Below, piece after piece: positions 29,128 to 39,035 of a DNA stretch of 64,000 nt (its first letter is position 1; each line of letters starts with the position of its first letter). The notes below the pieces were generated by a model that searched no databases, was not told the DNA's origin, and saw only the letters and a program-made list of their open reading frames with translations. The stretch comes from Rhodospirillales bacterium. Its GTDB lineage: Bacteria > Pseudomonadota > Alphaproteobacteria > UBA828. Both the position numbers and the translations under genes were made by a program. Where the stretch lies: positions 26,330-90,329 of the forward strand of contig JAPPMY010000248.1 of the NCBI GenBank assembly GCA_028818855.1, given 5' to 3'.

Positions 29128-30035
29128 GCCAGGCGCAGGAGTCCCGGCGCGAGCCGCTGCGGGGCGGCGTCATGGCCGGGCGCAGGGCGGACCTCTACCG
29201 CGTGCTCAAGTACGCGGCGCTGATCGCCTGGGCGATATTCGTGGTGGCGCCCTTCCTCTGGGCGCTCTCGACCTCGTTCAAGAGCGACCCCGGCGTGGTC
29301 GGCGGCGCGACCTACATCCCCTTCCTCGAATACGAGCCCACGGTGGACGGCTGGACCGCGCTCTTCCGCGATACCAGCTCCGGCGGCATCAGCATGCAGG
29401 GGCCCTATCTCTCGAGCCTGGTCGTCAGCCTGATCTCGACCTCGATCGCGCTCTTCCTCGGCACGCTCGCGGCCTACGGGCTCTCGCGCTTCACCTTCCG
29501 TGCCGGCCCCCTGGGCAACAACGACATCACCTTCTTCTTCATCTCCCAGCGCATCATGCCGCCGGCGGTGCTGGCTATCCCCTACTTCCTGCTGCTCCGC
29601 TTCACCGGCCTGCTGGATACCCACCTCGGCCTCATCCTGGTCTACGTCGCGATGCTGCTCCCCATCGTCGTCTGGGTGATGGTGGACTTCTTCAACACCG
29701 TGCCCATCGAGCTTGACGAGGCGGCGCTGATCGACGGCTGCAATCCGATCCAGGCCTTCTACCGCATCATCCTGCCCAACTGCGCGCCCGGCATGGTGGT
29801 GGCGACGCTGCTCTGCATCATCTTCTCGTGGAGCGACTTCTTCTTCGCGCTGACGCTCACCTTCGCCAAGGTGCAGCTGCTGCCGCCCACCATCGTGATC
29901 CTCAATTCCAACAAGGTGCCGTGGTGGAGTCTGAGCGCGTCCGCGCTCGTCTCGGTGCTGCCGCTGGTCATCATCGCCTTCGTGCTGGAGCGCTACCTTG
30001 CGCGCGGCACGCTGGCCGGCGTGATCCGGGAGTAG
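29124..30035 (+). CDS. carbohydrate ABC transporter permease (MalG/UgpE-like)
   Basis: Real start is ATG 29124 (ATGA overlap with the upstream stop) within the read-through ORF 28047..30035. EAA loop: ELDEAALIDGCNPIQAFYRIILPNCAPG. Confidence 0.9.
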   Translation: MSQAQESRREPLRGGVMAGRRADLYRVLKYAALIAWAIFVVAPFLWALSTSFKSDPGVVGGATYIPFLEYEPTVDGWTALFRDTSSGGISMQGPYLSSLVVSLISTSIALFLGTLAAYGLSRFTFRAGPLGNNDITFFFISQRIMPPAVLAIPYFLLLRFTGLLDTHLGLILVYVAMLLPIVVWVMVDFFNTVPIELDEAALIDGCNPIQAFYRIILPNCAPGMVVATLLCIIFSWSDFFFALTLTFAKVQLLPPTIVILNSNKVPWWSLSASALVSVLPLVIIAFVLERYLARGTLAGVIRE

Positions 30036-30040
30036 GGCCC

Positions 30041-31099
<1,059 letters not shown>

Positions 31100-31120
31100 A
31101 CCGACCACCGGAGGAAACCC

Positions 31121-32164
31121 ATGAAGGCAGCGACGCTCCACAGCTACGACGAAGCCCTCACCGCGCCCGAATTCGTGACCTACGAGGACGTGGACGACCC
31201 GGAGATCACCCGGCCCAGCGATGTCGTCGTCCGCATCGGCGGCGCGGGCGTCTGCCGCACCGACCTCCACATCATCGAGGGCGTCTGGCGGAACCATATC
31301 GATCTCTCCCTGCCCCACATCATGGGGCACGAGAACGCGGGCTGGGTGGAGGCCGTCGGCTCGGGCGTCGAGAGCGTCAAGGTCGGCGACCCGGTGATCT
31401 GCCATCCGATGGTGAGCGGCGGCCACTGCCTGGCCTGCCGCCGCGGCAACGACATGCACGCGGCCGACGGCGACCTGCCCGGCATCACGTCGGACGGCGG
31501 CTACGCCGACTATCTGCTGACCGTCGAGCGCAGCCTCATCAAGCTGCCCCAGAGCCTCGCGCCCAAGGACGTGGCGCCCTACACCGACGCCGGGCTCACC
31601 GCCTACCGCGCCTCCAAGAAGGCCGCCGGCCACCTCGTGCCGGGCGAATACTGCGTCATCATCGGCGCGGGCGGCCTCGGCCACATCGGCATCCAGGCGC
31701 TCGCGGCGCTGTGCGCGGCCGAGATCATCGTGCTCGACCGCTCCGACCTCGCGCTCGGTCTCGCGAAGGAATGCGGCGCCCACCACGTCGTGAAGGCAGA
31801 CGACGGCGCGCACGACGCGGTCATGTCGATCACCGGCGGCCACGGCGCCGAGGCGGTGATCGACTACGTCGGCGAGGGCAACGCCATCGACCAAGGCCTC
31901 GCCATGACGCGCAACGGCGGCTTCTACTACATCGTCGGCTACGGCGGGCGCGTCCAGATCCCGGCGATCGACATGATCTTCTCGGAGAAGACCATCGTCG
32001 GCAATCTGGTGGGCACCTATGCGGAGCTGGTGGAGCTGATGGCGCTGGCCGACCGGGGGCTGGTGACGCTTGCCACCCGCGAGTACGCGCTGGCCGAGGC
32101 CAACCAGGCGCTGCACGACCTCCACGCCGGCACGGTGAAGGGCCGCGCGGTGCTGATCCCCTAG
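31121..32164 (+). CDS. zinc-dependent alcohol dehydrogenase (MDR family)
   Basis: GGAGGA SD. GVCRTDLH...GHENAG (catalytic Zn). Structural Zn loop with CLACRRGN. Rossmann motif IIGAGGLGHIG. Confidence 0.9.
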   Translation: MKAATLHSYDEALTAPEFVTYEDVDDPEITRPSDVVVRIGGAGVCRTDLHIIEGVWRNHIDLSLPHIMGHENAGWVEAVGSGVESVKVGDPVICHPMVSGGHCLACRRGNDMHAADGDLPGITSDGGYADYLLTVERSLIKLPQSLAPKDVAPYTDAGLTAYRASKKAAGHLVPGEYCVIIGAGGLGHIGIQALAALCAAEIIVLDRSDLALGLAKECGAHHVVKADDGAHDAVMSITGGHGAEAVIDYVGEGNAIDQGLAMTRNGGFYYIVGYGGRVQIPAIDMIFSEKTIVGNLVGTYAELVELMALADRGLVTLATREYALAEANQALHDLHAGTVKGRAVLIP

Positions 32165-32192
32165 CGGCACCGGCGGCATCGCGGCGGCTCGC

Positions 32193-33806
32193 ATGGCGCG
32201 GACTCTCGCCCGGGGCATCGCGGCGGCCTGCCGGGCGCGGGGCGTGCGCCGCGCCTTCGGCGTGCCCGGCGGCGCCAGCAGCCTCGACGTCATCGACGCG
32301 TTCGCGGCAGAGGGCATCGACTTCGTGCTCACCCACGGCGAGACCCCCGCTACCCTGATGGCAGCGGTCACCGCGGAGCTGGGCGGCGCGCCCGGCGTCG
32401 TGGTCACAGGCGTCGGCCCCGGCGCGGCCAGCGCCGTCAACGGCGCGGCCTATGCGGCGCTGGAGCGCGCGCCCGTGCTCCTCGTCACCGATGCGCTGGC
32501 GGAACCGGCGCCGGGCCACCATGCCCTGCACCAGCGCTTCGACCAGCGGGCCCTCTTCGCGCCGCTGGTCAAGGCGTACGCCAGGCCGGAGGCAGGCAGC
32601 GGGCTCGGCGAGATCGAGTCCCTGCTCGATACCGCGGCCGCGCACCCGGCGGGCCCGGTGCAGCTCGACCTCACCACGGCGGCAGCCACCGCGCCTGCCG
32701 AGCCCGCCTCCGGCAAGCGCGAGGCGGCGAAGAAGCGCACCGAGGAGTTCGACCTCGTCACGCTGGCCGAGGCGCGCGGCCTGCTCGCCGCTTCGTCGCG
32801 ACCCCTCGTCCTCGCCGGCATGGAGGCGCGCGGGCGGGCGGCGAGCGCGGCGCTCCGCCAGCTCGCGCGAACGCTCGGCTGCCCGGTGATGACCACCTAC
32901 AAGGCCAAGGGCGCGATCGCCGACTCCGACCCCCTTGCCGTCGGCAGCTTCACCGGCGCGGCGTCCGACGCGCGCTGCCTGGAGCGCGCCGACCTGCTGA
33001 TCTTCTTCGGCCTCGACCCGGTGGAGCTGCTTCCCGGCCCCTGGCGCTTCGAGGGGCCGATCCTGGCGCTCGCGGCCCACGGCGGCTACGAGGATCCGGC
33101 CCTGCCGGCGGTGAAGCTCACGGGCGCCCTCGACCGCTCGGCCGCGGCGCTGGCAGACGGCGCGCTGCCCGCCGGCTGGCCGGAGCTTGAGATCGCCGCG
33201 CTCCGCACCCGGCTCCGTGCGGGCTACGCGATGGTCGGCGCCGGCGGGCGCACGGCGGAAGACGTGGTGACCGCGGTGCGCCGCGAGGCCCCGGCGGGCG
33301 CGCGGCTCACCGTCGATTCGGGCGCGCACATGTTCTCCGCCATGGGCCTCTGGCAGGCCGACGAGCCCGACGACGTGCTGAAGTCGAACGGCCTTTCCAC
33401 CATGGGCTTCGCGCTGCCGGCGGCGATCGCCTCGGCGCTGGAGGCGCCCGCGCGCCCGGTGATCGCCATGACCGGCGACGGCGGCCTGCACATGTGCCTG
33501 GCCGAGCTTGCGACCGCCGCCCGCCACCGCTGCCGCATCGCCGTCGTCGTCTTCAACGATTCCCGCCTCGCCCTCATCGACATCAAGCAGCAGCGCCAGC
33601 AGCGCGAAAGCCGGGGCGTGCGCTTCGGCGCGATGGACCACGCCGCCGTGGCGCGCGGTCTCGGCTGCCGGGGCTGGCGCGTTGAGGCGGGCGAGCCGCT
33701 CACGCCCGCGCTGGCCGAGGCCTTCGCGCACGCCGGCCCGGCGCTCATCGACGTCACGGTCGACGCGGATGCCTACACCAGCCAGTACGAGGCGCTCCGC
33801 GGCTGA
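32193..33806 (+). CDS. thiamine-pyrophosphate-dependent enzyme (acetolactate synthase-like family)
   Basis: 537 aa. N-terminal TPP-pyrimidine domain (FGVPGGASSLDVIDA...GVGPGAASAVNGAAYA). C-terminal TPP-binding motif MTGDGGLHMCLAELATA...VVVFND. Confidence 0.87.
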   Translation: MARTLARGIAAACRARGVRRAFGVPGGASSLDVIDAFAAEGIDFVLTHGETPATLMAAVTAELGGAPGVVVTGVGPGAASAVNGAAYAALERAPVLLVTDALAEPAPGHHALHQRFDQRALFAPLVKAYARPEAGSGLGEIESLLDTAAAHPAGPVQLDLTTAAATAPAEPASGKREAAKKRTEEFDLVTLAEARGLLAASSRPLVLAGMEARGRAASAALRQLARTLGCPVMTTYKAKGAIADSDPLAVGSFTGAASDARCLERADLLIFFGLDPVELLPGPWRFEGPILALAAHGGYEDPALPAVKLTGALDRSAAALADGALPAGWPELEIAALRTRLRAGYAMVGAGGRTAEDVVTAVRREAPAGARLTVDSGAHMFSAMGLWQADEPDDVLKSNGLSTMGFALPAAIASALEAPARPVIAMTGDGGLHMCLAELATAARHRCRIAVVVFNDSRLALIDIKQQRQQRESRGVRFGAMDHAAVARGLGCRGWRVEAGEPLTPALAEAFAHAGPALIDVTVDADAYTSQYEALRG

Positions 33807-33827
33807 GCGGGGCGAGGGGGAGCCGCC

Positions 33828-34253
33828 ATGCCGGAGCAAGCGATGTCGGACGAGGAGGCGGTGCTCGCCGCCAACGCCGAGTTCTACCGTGCCTTCGCGG
33901 CCCGCGATCTCGCGGCGATGGAGGCGCTCTGGGCCGCCGAAGCGCCGGTGGCCTGCATCCATCCCGGCTGGGACGCGCTCATCGGGCGCGAGGCGGTGAT
34001 GGAGAGCTGGGCCGCGATCCTCGGCGGCCCCGGCGCGCCCCAGATCCGCTGCGAGGCGCCGCGCGCCTTCGTGCTCGGCCCCGGCGCCTTCGTCATCTGC
34101 CGCGAGGTTCTGGAAGCGGGCCGCCTGATCGCCACCAACGTCTTCGCCCGCGAAGAGGGCCATTGGCGCATGGTCCACCACCAGGCCGGCCCCGCCAGCC
34201 AGGCCAGGCCCGCACCCCCCGCCAGCGAGCGCCCCCCCGGCCCGCTGCACTGA
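33828..34253 (+). CDS. nuclear transport factor 2 / SnoaL-like (DUF4440-type) protein
   Basis: 141 aa. EAVLAANAEFYRAFAARDLAAMEALWA...IHPGW...GHWRMVHHQA pattern. Confidence 0.72.
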   Translation: MPEQAMSDEEAVLAANAEFYRAFAARDLAAMEALWAAEAPVACIHPGWDALIGREAVMESWAAILGGPGAPQIRCEAPRAFVLGPGAFVICREVLEAGRLIATNVFAREEGHWRMVHHQAGPASQARPAPPASERPPGPLH

Positions 34254-34294
34254 CGCGAATTCCTACCTTACGAGTTCACCGCGGCCCCAAAAAA

Positions 34295-34401
34295 CCCACC
34301 TCCCCCTATCCCCCTCCTCCCAGGAGGAGGGGGAACAAAGGCGGCGCCAACCTTTTCTCCCTCTCCTCCCTAGGGAGGAGAGGGACGGGGAGAGGTGGGG
34401 G
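34295..34401 (+). repeat. nested-palindrome intergenic repeat element, copy B
   Basis: Same orientation and architecture as 25181..25290. Only the 14-nt inter-hairpin linker and the loop of hairpin 2 differ (TCCCTCTCCTCCC-TAG-GGGAGGAGAGGGA). Lies between two convergent gene ends. Confidence 0.85.
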
Positions 34402-34479
34402 GAATCTTTTCGGCCGTCCGGCAAGCAAAGACGCGAACGTGCGGCAACCGGATACGTTTCAATCCGGTCGGATCGCGCT

Positions 34480-35571
34480 CTATCCCGGCCGGTGGGCGGC
34501 CAGGGCCTGCCAGTCTAGCGCGATGCCGTGGCCCGGCCGGTCCGGCGCGCGCGCGTAGCCGTCCGCGACCGTGAGCGGGTCCTCCATGAACCGCTCCAGC
34601 CCGAAGGCATGCCACTCCAGGTAGGCCGCGTTCGGCGCCGCGGCCAGCAGGTGGATGTGCAGGTCGTGCGCGCCGTGGCTCATCACCGGCAGGCCGTGGG
34701 CTTCGGCGAGATGCGCGATCTTCATGAAGGGCGTGATCCCGCCGCAGGTGGTGAGGTCGGGCTCCGGGAAGTCGACCCCGCCGGCCCCGATCAGCGCCGC
34801 GAACTCGGCCAGCGTGTGGTGGTTCTCGCCGGCCGCCAGCGGCACCTTGCCGAGCGAGCGCAGATGCGCGTAGCCGGCGGTGTTGTCTGGCGCGATGGGC
34901 TCCTCCAGCCAGACGAGGTCGAAGGGCTCGAGCTGCGTCATGGCGCGCGCCGCCTCGTCCACCCGCCAGGCCTCGTTCGCGTCCGCCATCAGCTCGATCT
35001 CGTCGGGCAGCCGGGTGCGCATCGCGTCCACGCGGGCGATGTCCTCGGCGATGGTCGGGCGGCCGAGCCGCATCTTGACCGAGCGGAACCCCTGCTCGAC
35101 GCTCGCCATGCCGCCGGCCAGCAGCTCGTCTACCGGGAAGTTCAGGTCGATGTTGCCGGCATACGCTCTGACGGAGGGGTCGGCGCCGCCCAAGAGCCGC
35201 CAGAGCGGCGTGCCGAGCCGGTTGCCCTTGAGGTCCCAGAGCGCCACGTCCACCGCCGCCAGCGCGAAGCCCACCGGCCCGCCCCGGCCGGCGTAGTGGT
35301 GGCGCCTGTAGATCTCCCGCCAGATCGTCTCGATCAGGTCCGGGTCGCGGCCCTCGACGCTCGCCCGGAAGGTCCCGTCGCAGAGCGCCGCGATGGGGCC
35401 GCCCTGCCCCTCGTGCATCACGGTGTAGCCCACGCCCGAGGCGCCGTCGCTGTCCGTGATCCGCGCCGTCACCAGGTCGAAGGCGGTCATCACGCCCGCA
35501 GCCGCGGCCCCCATCGCCACCGGCAGCGGCAGGCGGAAGAGGTCGATCTCCAGCGTCTCGATCTTCGGCAC
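34480..35571 (-). CDS. mandelate racemase/muconate lactonizing enzyme family (enolase superfamily) protein
   Basis: 363 aa. ...VKMRLGRP...LMADANEAW...WLEEPI...AAGEN... metal and acid/base ligand spacing typical of acid-sugar dehydratases. Confidence 0.9.
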   Translation of the reverse strand: MPKIETLEIDLFRLPLPVAMGAAAAGVMTAFDLVTARITDSDGASGVGYTVMHEGQGGPIAALCDGTFRASVEGRDPDLIETIWREIYRRHHYAGRGGPVGFALAAVDVALWDLKGNRLGTPLWRLLGGADPSVRAYAGNIDLNFPVDELLAGGMASVEQGFRSVKMRLGRPTIAEDIARVDAMRTRLPDEIELMADANEAWRVDEAARAMTQLEPFDLVWLEEPIAPDNTAGYAHLRSLGKVPLAAGENHHTLAEFAALIGAGGVDFPEPDLTTCGGITPFMKIAHLAEAHGLPVMSHGAHDLHIHLLAAAPNAAYLEWHAFGLERFMEDPLTVADGYARAPDRPGHGIALDWQALAAHRPG

Positions 35572-35652
35572 GGGCTCCCCCCTTCGCGCGTCCGGCGCTC
35601 GTGTCGCGGGGACAATTCACCATGCGCCGCGGGGAGGCAAGCGGGGGCAGGG

Positions 35653-36093
35653 TCACCCGCTGGGCGCGGCGGCGCCGGAAAGCTCCTCCCTGAACGCGGC
35701 CGGCGAGACGATGGGTACCGAGAAATCCTTCGCGAGCGCGAGGAGGTCGGCGTCGCCGGTCACCAGCGCATCGGCCCGCCCGGCAAGCGCGAGTTCCAGG
35801 AACGGCCGGTCGAACGGGTCCCGGCATTGCGGGACCGCCGGCGGCGGCTCCGGCACGGGCACGGTCTCGCAGAAGGGGAGATAGTCGTCGAGCAGCTCCT
35901 GCCGCTCGCCCTCGCTCAACGCGAACTTCGGATAAGCGAGGACGCGGATCAGCTCGGTCGTGGTCTGCCGCCCCGCAAGCGGCCTGATGCGCCCGCTGCG
36001 CCAGGCGCCGCGCAGCCACGACAGCGCACCGGAGTGGAAGAGCAGCGCCGAGACCAAGATATTCGTGTCGAGGACCGGGCGGACCGGCGTCAT
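35653..36093 (-). CDS. PIN-domain toxin (type II TA)
   Basis: 146 aa from ATG 36091-36093. VLDTNILVSALL...DPFDRPFLELALAGRADALVTGDADL are the acidic PIN residues. ATGA overlap with the antitoxin stop. Confidence 0.8.
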   Translation of the reverse strand: MTPVRPVLDTNILVSALLFHSGALSWLRGAWRSGRIRPLAGRQTTTELIRVLAYPKFALSEGERQELLDDYLPFCETVPVPEPPPAVPQCRDPFDRPFLELALAGRADALVTGDADLLALAKDFSVPIVSPAAFREELSGAAAPSG

Positions 36094-36353
36094 TCGCCCG
36101 AGCGGGCCCAGGCGACCGCGTCCTTCACGTCGCTCTCCGAGAGCCCGAGCTCGGCCAGCTTTGCCCGCACGGCATCGGCGCGGTTGACGCGAACCGGCGT
36201 GAGTACGATGCGGCCCCGCTCCGTGGTCACGTCGAAATACTCGGTGGCCTCCACGGCGGCGGTGGCCGCCTTGGGCAAGGTCAACTGGTTCTTGGCGGTC
36301 AGCTTGGCGAGCACGATCGTCCTCTGTGCCTTCCGTTCGGAGTAAGGATACAT
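36090..36353 (-). CDS. AbrB/MazE/SpoVT-type antitoxin
   Basis: 87 aa. LAKLTAKNQLTLPKAA...YFDVTTERGRIVLTP is a swapped-hairpin barrel pattern. Alternative GTG start at 36314 after AGAGGA. Confidence 0.7.
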   Translation of the reverse strand: MYPYSERKAQRTIVLAKLTAKNQLTLPKAATAAVEATEYFDVTTERGRIVLTPVRVNRADAVRAKLAELGLSESDVKDAVAWARSGE

Positions 36354-36509
36354 TACTTCCTTGCAATCGGATTGGCAACGCCCGGCCGGGCTACGTCGGA
36401 CATGGCCTCGCCGCCGGCCCTCCACTAACATCGGGGCCGGTCAGCGCCCCGCCGCGCGATGCCGCCCGCACTCCCAGCCCTGCCCGACCGGAACACGGAG
36501 AGTCCGACG

Positions 36510-37571
36510 ATGAAATCCAAGTCCGCCATCATGACCGCCCCCGGCGCGCCGCTGCTGATCGACGAGATCGACGTTCCGGACCCCGGCCCCAACCAGGTCA
36601 TCGTCAAGCAGACGGCGAGCGGCATCTGCGCCTCGCAGATCCACGAGCTGACCAAGATCCCGGCGGAGAGCTGCCCCTGCGTGCTCGGCCACGAGGGCGT
36701 CGGCGTGGTCACCCACGTGGGGAGCGACGTCACCCACCTGAAGGAGGGCGACTGGGCGATCACCACCTGGGTCCCGCGCGACGGCTTCCCGGGCCGGGAT
36801 TTCATCGACGGCCTCGCGCCGATCGGCACCACGTTCCGGGGCGAGGAGGTCGGCGGCCCCATCGGCACGTTCACCGAGCACTGCCTCGCCAGCGACCAGC
36901 TCGCGGTGAAGGTCGCGCCCGAGCGCGCTACGCCGGAGAGCAGCATCGTCGGCTGCGCCGTGCTCACCGGCGCCGGCGCCGTCCTGCACACGGCCAAGGT
37001 GCGGACCGAGGAATCCGTCGTCGTGGTCGGCGCCGGCGGGATCGGCCTCTGCGCCCTTAAGATGGCGTCGCTGGTGCAGGCCTACCCGGTCATCGCCGTC
37101 GACCTCCTCGACGAGAAGCTCGAGTTCGCCAAGCAGTGGGGCGCCACCCACACGGTCAACGCGGCCAAGGTCGATGCGATCAAGGCGGTCTGGGAGATCA
37201 CCGGCAAGGGCGCCGACTACGCCTTCGATGCGGTGGGCACGGTCGCCACCCACGAGCAGATTATCGAGATGGTGCGGGGCGGCGGCCCCGGCGCCGACAA
37301 CCTCGGCGGCATGGCGGTCATGATCGGCTGGCCGCAAACCGAGTTCACGCTCAACGGGGAGCACTTCGTCTTTCACCAGCGTCAGTACCGGGGCAGCCAC
37401 GGCTCGTCCATCCCGGACGAGGACTTTCCCATGTACCTCCGCCTCGACAGCGAGGCCAGGTTCCCGCTCGACAAGCTGGTGACGCGCAGCTACGCCCTGG
37501 AGCAGATCAACGACGCCCTCGACGATCTGGGCGAAGGCCGCATCCTCGGCCGCTCCATCATCCGCTTCTAG
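36510..37571 (+). CDS. MDR-family (zinc-type) alcohol dehydrogenase-like oxidoreductase
   Basis: ATG 36510 after GGAGAG. SGICASQIHE...LGHEGVG. Rossmann motif VVGAGGIGLCALK. The structural-zinc Cys loop appears absent. Confidence 0.85.
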   Translation: MKSKSAIMTAPGAPLLIDEIDVPDPGPNQVIVKQTASGICASQIHELTKIPAESCPCVLGHEGVGVVTHVGSDVTHLKEGDWAITTWVPRDGFPGRDFIDGLAPIGTTFRGEEVGGPIGTFTEHCLASDQLAVKVAPERATPESSIVGCAVLTGAGAVLHTAKVRTEESVVVVGAGGIGLCALKMASLVQAYPVIAVDLLDEKLEFAKQWGATHTVNAAKVDAIKAVWEITGKGADYAFDAVGTVATHEQIIEMVRGGGPGADNLGGMAVMIGWPQTEFTLNGEHFVFHQRQYRGSHGSSIPDEDFPMYLRLDSEARFPLDKLVTRSYALEQINDALDDLGEGRILGRSIIRF

Positions 37572-37643
37572 CCCGCCTGTCCCTGCCGACGCAATGATCC
37601 GCGCGGCATTCTAGCCGGCGGCGGTCTGGTGTATCGTGCGGGC

Positions 37644-38960
37644 ATGACCCTGAACACGCCGAGCCCGACCTTCCCCGCCATCGCGCTGCCGCAGTTCGAG
37701 AACGAGGCGCTGCCGCCGGTGCAGCCGGTGGCGCTCCGCCACCCGGACGTGCCCGCGCTCGCCGATGTCACCGCCGCCACGTGGGAGGCCCTCGATGCCT
37801 CGCGCCGGCTCACCGCGCTCGCGCCGGGTGCGCGCGTCGCCATCACCTGCGGCAGCCGCGGCATCCGCAGCAAGCCGGACGTGGTGAAGGCTGCGGTCGC
37901 CTGGCTTGCCGAGCGCGGGCTCAGCCCCTTCATCGTGCCGGCGATGGGGAGCCACGGCGGCGCGGTCGCGGACGGCCAGGTGTCGCTGCTCGCCGAGCTG
38001 GGCTTCACCGAGGAGGCCATGGGCTGCCCCATCGAGGCCGGCATGGAGGTCGTGCGCTTGGGCGAGACCGGCGCGGGCATCCCGGTCCACTTCGACCGCC
38101 GCGCCTTCGCGGCCGATGCCGTGCTCGTGGTGGGCCGGGTCAAGTCGCACACCTCCTTCGACCGGGAGGTGGAAAGCGGGCTCACCAAGATGGTCGCCAT
38201 CGGCCTCGGCAAGGCGGAGGGCGCGCGCTTCGTCCACCGCCTCGGCGTGCGCGGCTACATGGAGGTGCTGCCCGAGTGGGCGGCCATCGCCATCCGCGAG
38301 GCGCCCCTCGCCTACGGCATCGCCATCGTCGAGAACGCCCGGCGCGAGGCGGCAGTGATCGAGGGCGCGGAGCCCGAGACCTTCTACGAGACCGACGCCC
38401 GCCTGCTGAAGACCGCCAAGGGCTGCGTGCCCAAGCTCCCCTTCGAGCAGATCGACGTGCTCGCGGTGGAGCGCCTCGGCAAGAACATCTCCGGCACCGG
38501 CATGGACCCGGCGGTCATCGCGCGCTACGACATCCGGGGCCGCCCCAACCCGCCGACGCCGGCCATCAGCAAGCTGGTGGTCCTCGGCCTCACGGCGGAG
38601 ACCCACGGCAACGGGCTCGGCGTCGGCAATGCGGACTACACGACCAAGGCGGTGGCCGACAGCCTCGACCTCTACGCCATGTACATGAACGCCTGCACGG
38701 CGACCTTTACCGAGCGCGTGCGCATCCCCGCCGTGCTCGCCACCGACAAGGCGGCGCTGCAGGCCGCCGTCGGCACCTCCTGGCGGCTCGACGGCGCGGA
38801 CGCGCGGCTCTGCCTCATCCGCTCCACCCTGCACCTGGAGACCGTCCTCGTCTCGCCCCCGCTGGCCGCCGAGCTGAACGGCGCAGGCGAGGTGCTGGGC
38901 GAGCCCGAGCCGCTCCGCTTCGACGACGAAGGCCGCCTCCTCACCCGCTGCCCCGTGTAG
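37644..38960 (+). CDS. LarA-like (lactate-racemase N-terminal domain / DUF2088-type) protein, function unknown
   Basis: About 438 aa. ...RVAITCGSRGI...FIVPAMGSHGG...VVGRVKSHTSFDREVESGLTKMVAIGLGK... resembles the LarA_N fold pattern. Assigned from memory only. Confidence 0.45.
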   Translation: MTLNTPSPTFPAIALPQFENEALPPVQPVALRHPDVPALADVTAATWEALDASRRLTALAPGARVAITCGSRGIRSKPDVVKAAVAWLAERGLSPFIVPAMGSHGGAVADGQVSLLAELGFTEEAMGCPIEAGMEVVRLGETGAGIPVHFDRRAFAADAVLVVGRVKSHTSFDREVESGLTKMVAIGLGKAEGARFVHRLGVRGYMEVLPEWAAIAIREAPLAYGIAIVENARREAAVIEGAEPETFYETDARLLKTAKGCVPKLPFEQIDVLAVERLGKNISGTGMDPAVIARYDIRGRPNPPTPAISKLVVLGLTAETHGNGLGVGNADYTTKAVADSLDLYAMYMNACTATFTERVRIPAVLATDKAALQAAVGTSWRLDGADARLCLIRSTLHLETVLVSPPLAAELNGAGEVLGEPEPLRFDDEGRLLTRCPV

Positions 38961-39035
38961 GGGCTTCGTCGCCTGCGGACTCGCCGCCTGCGGGCCGCTA
39001 TACTCGCGCCATCGGCGATGGAGGGACGTTGCGCG

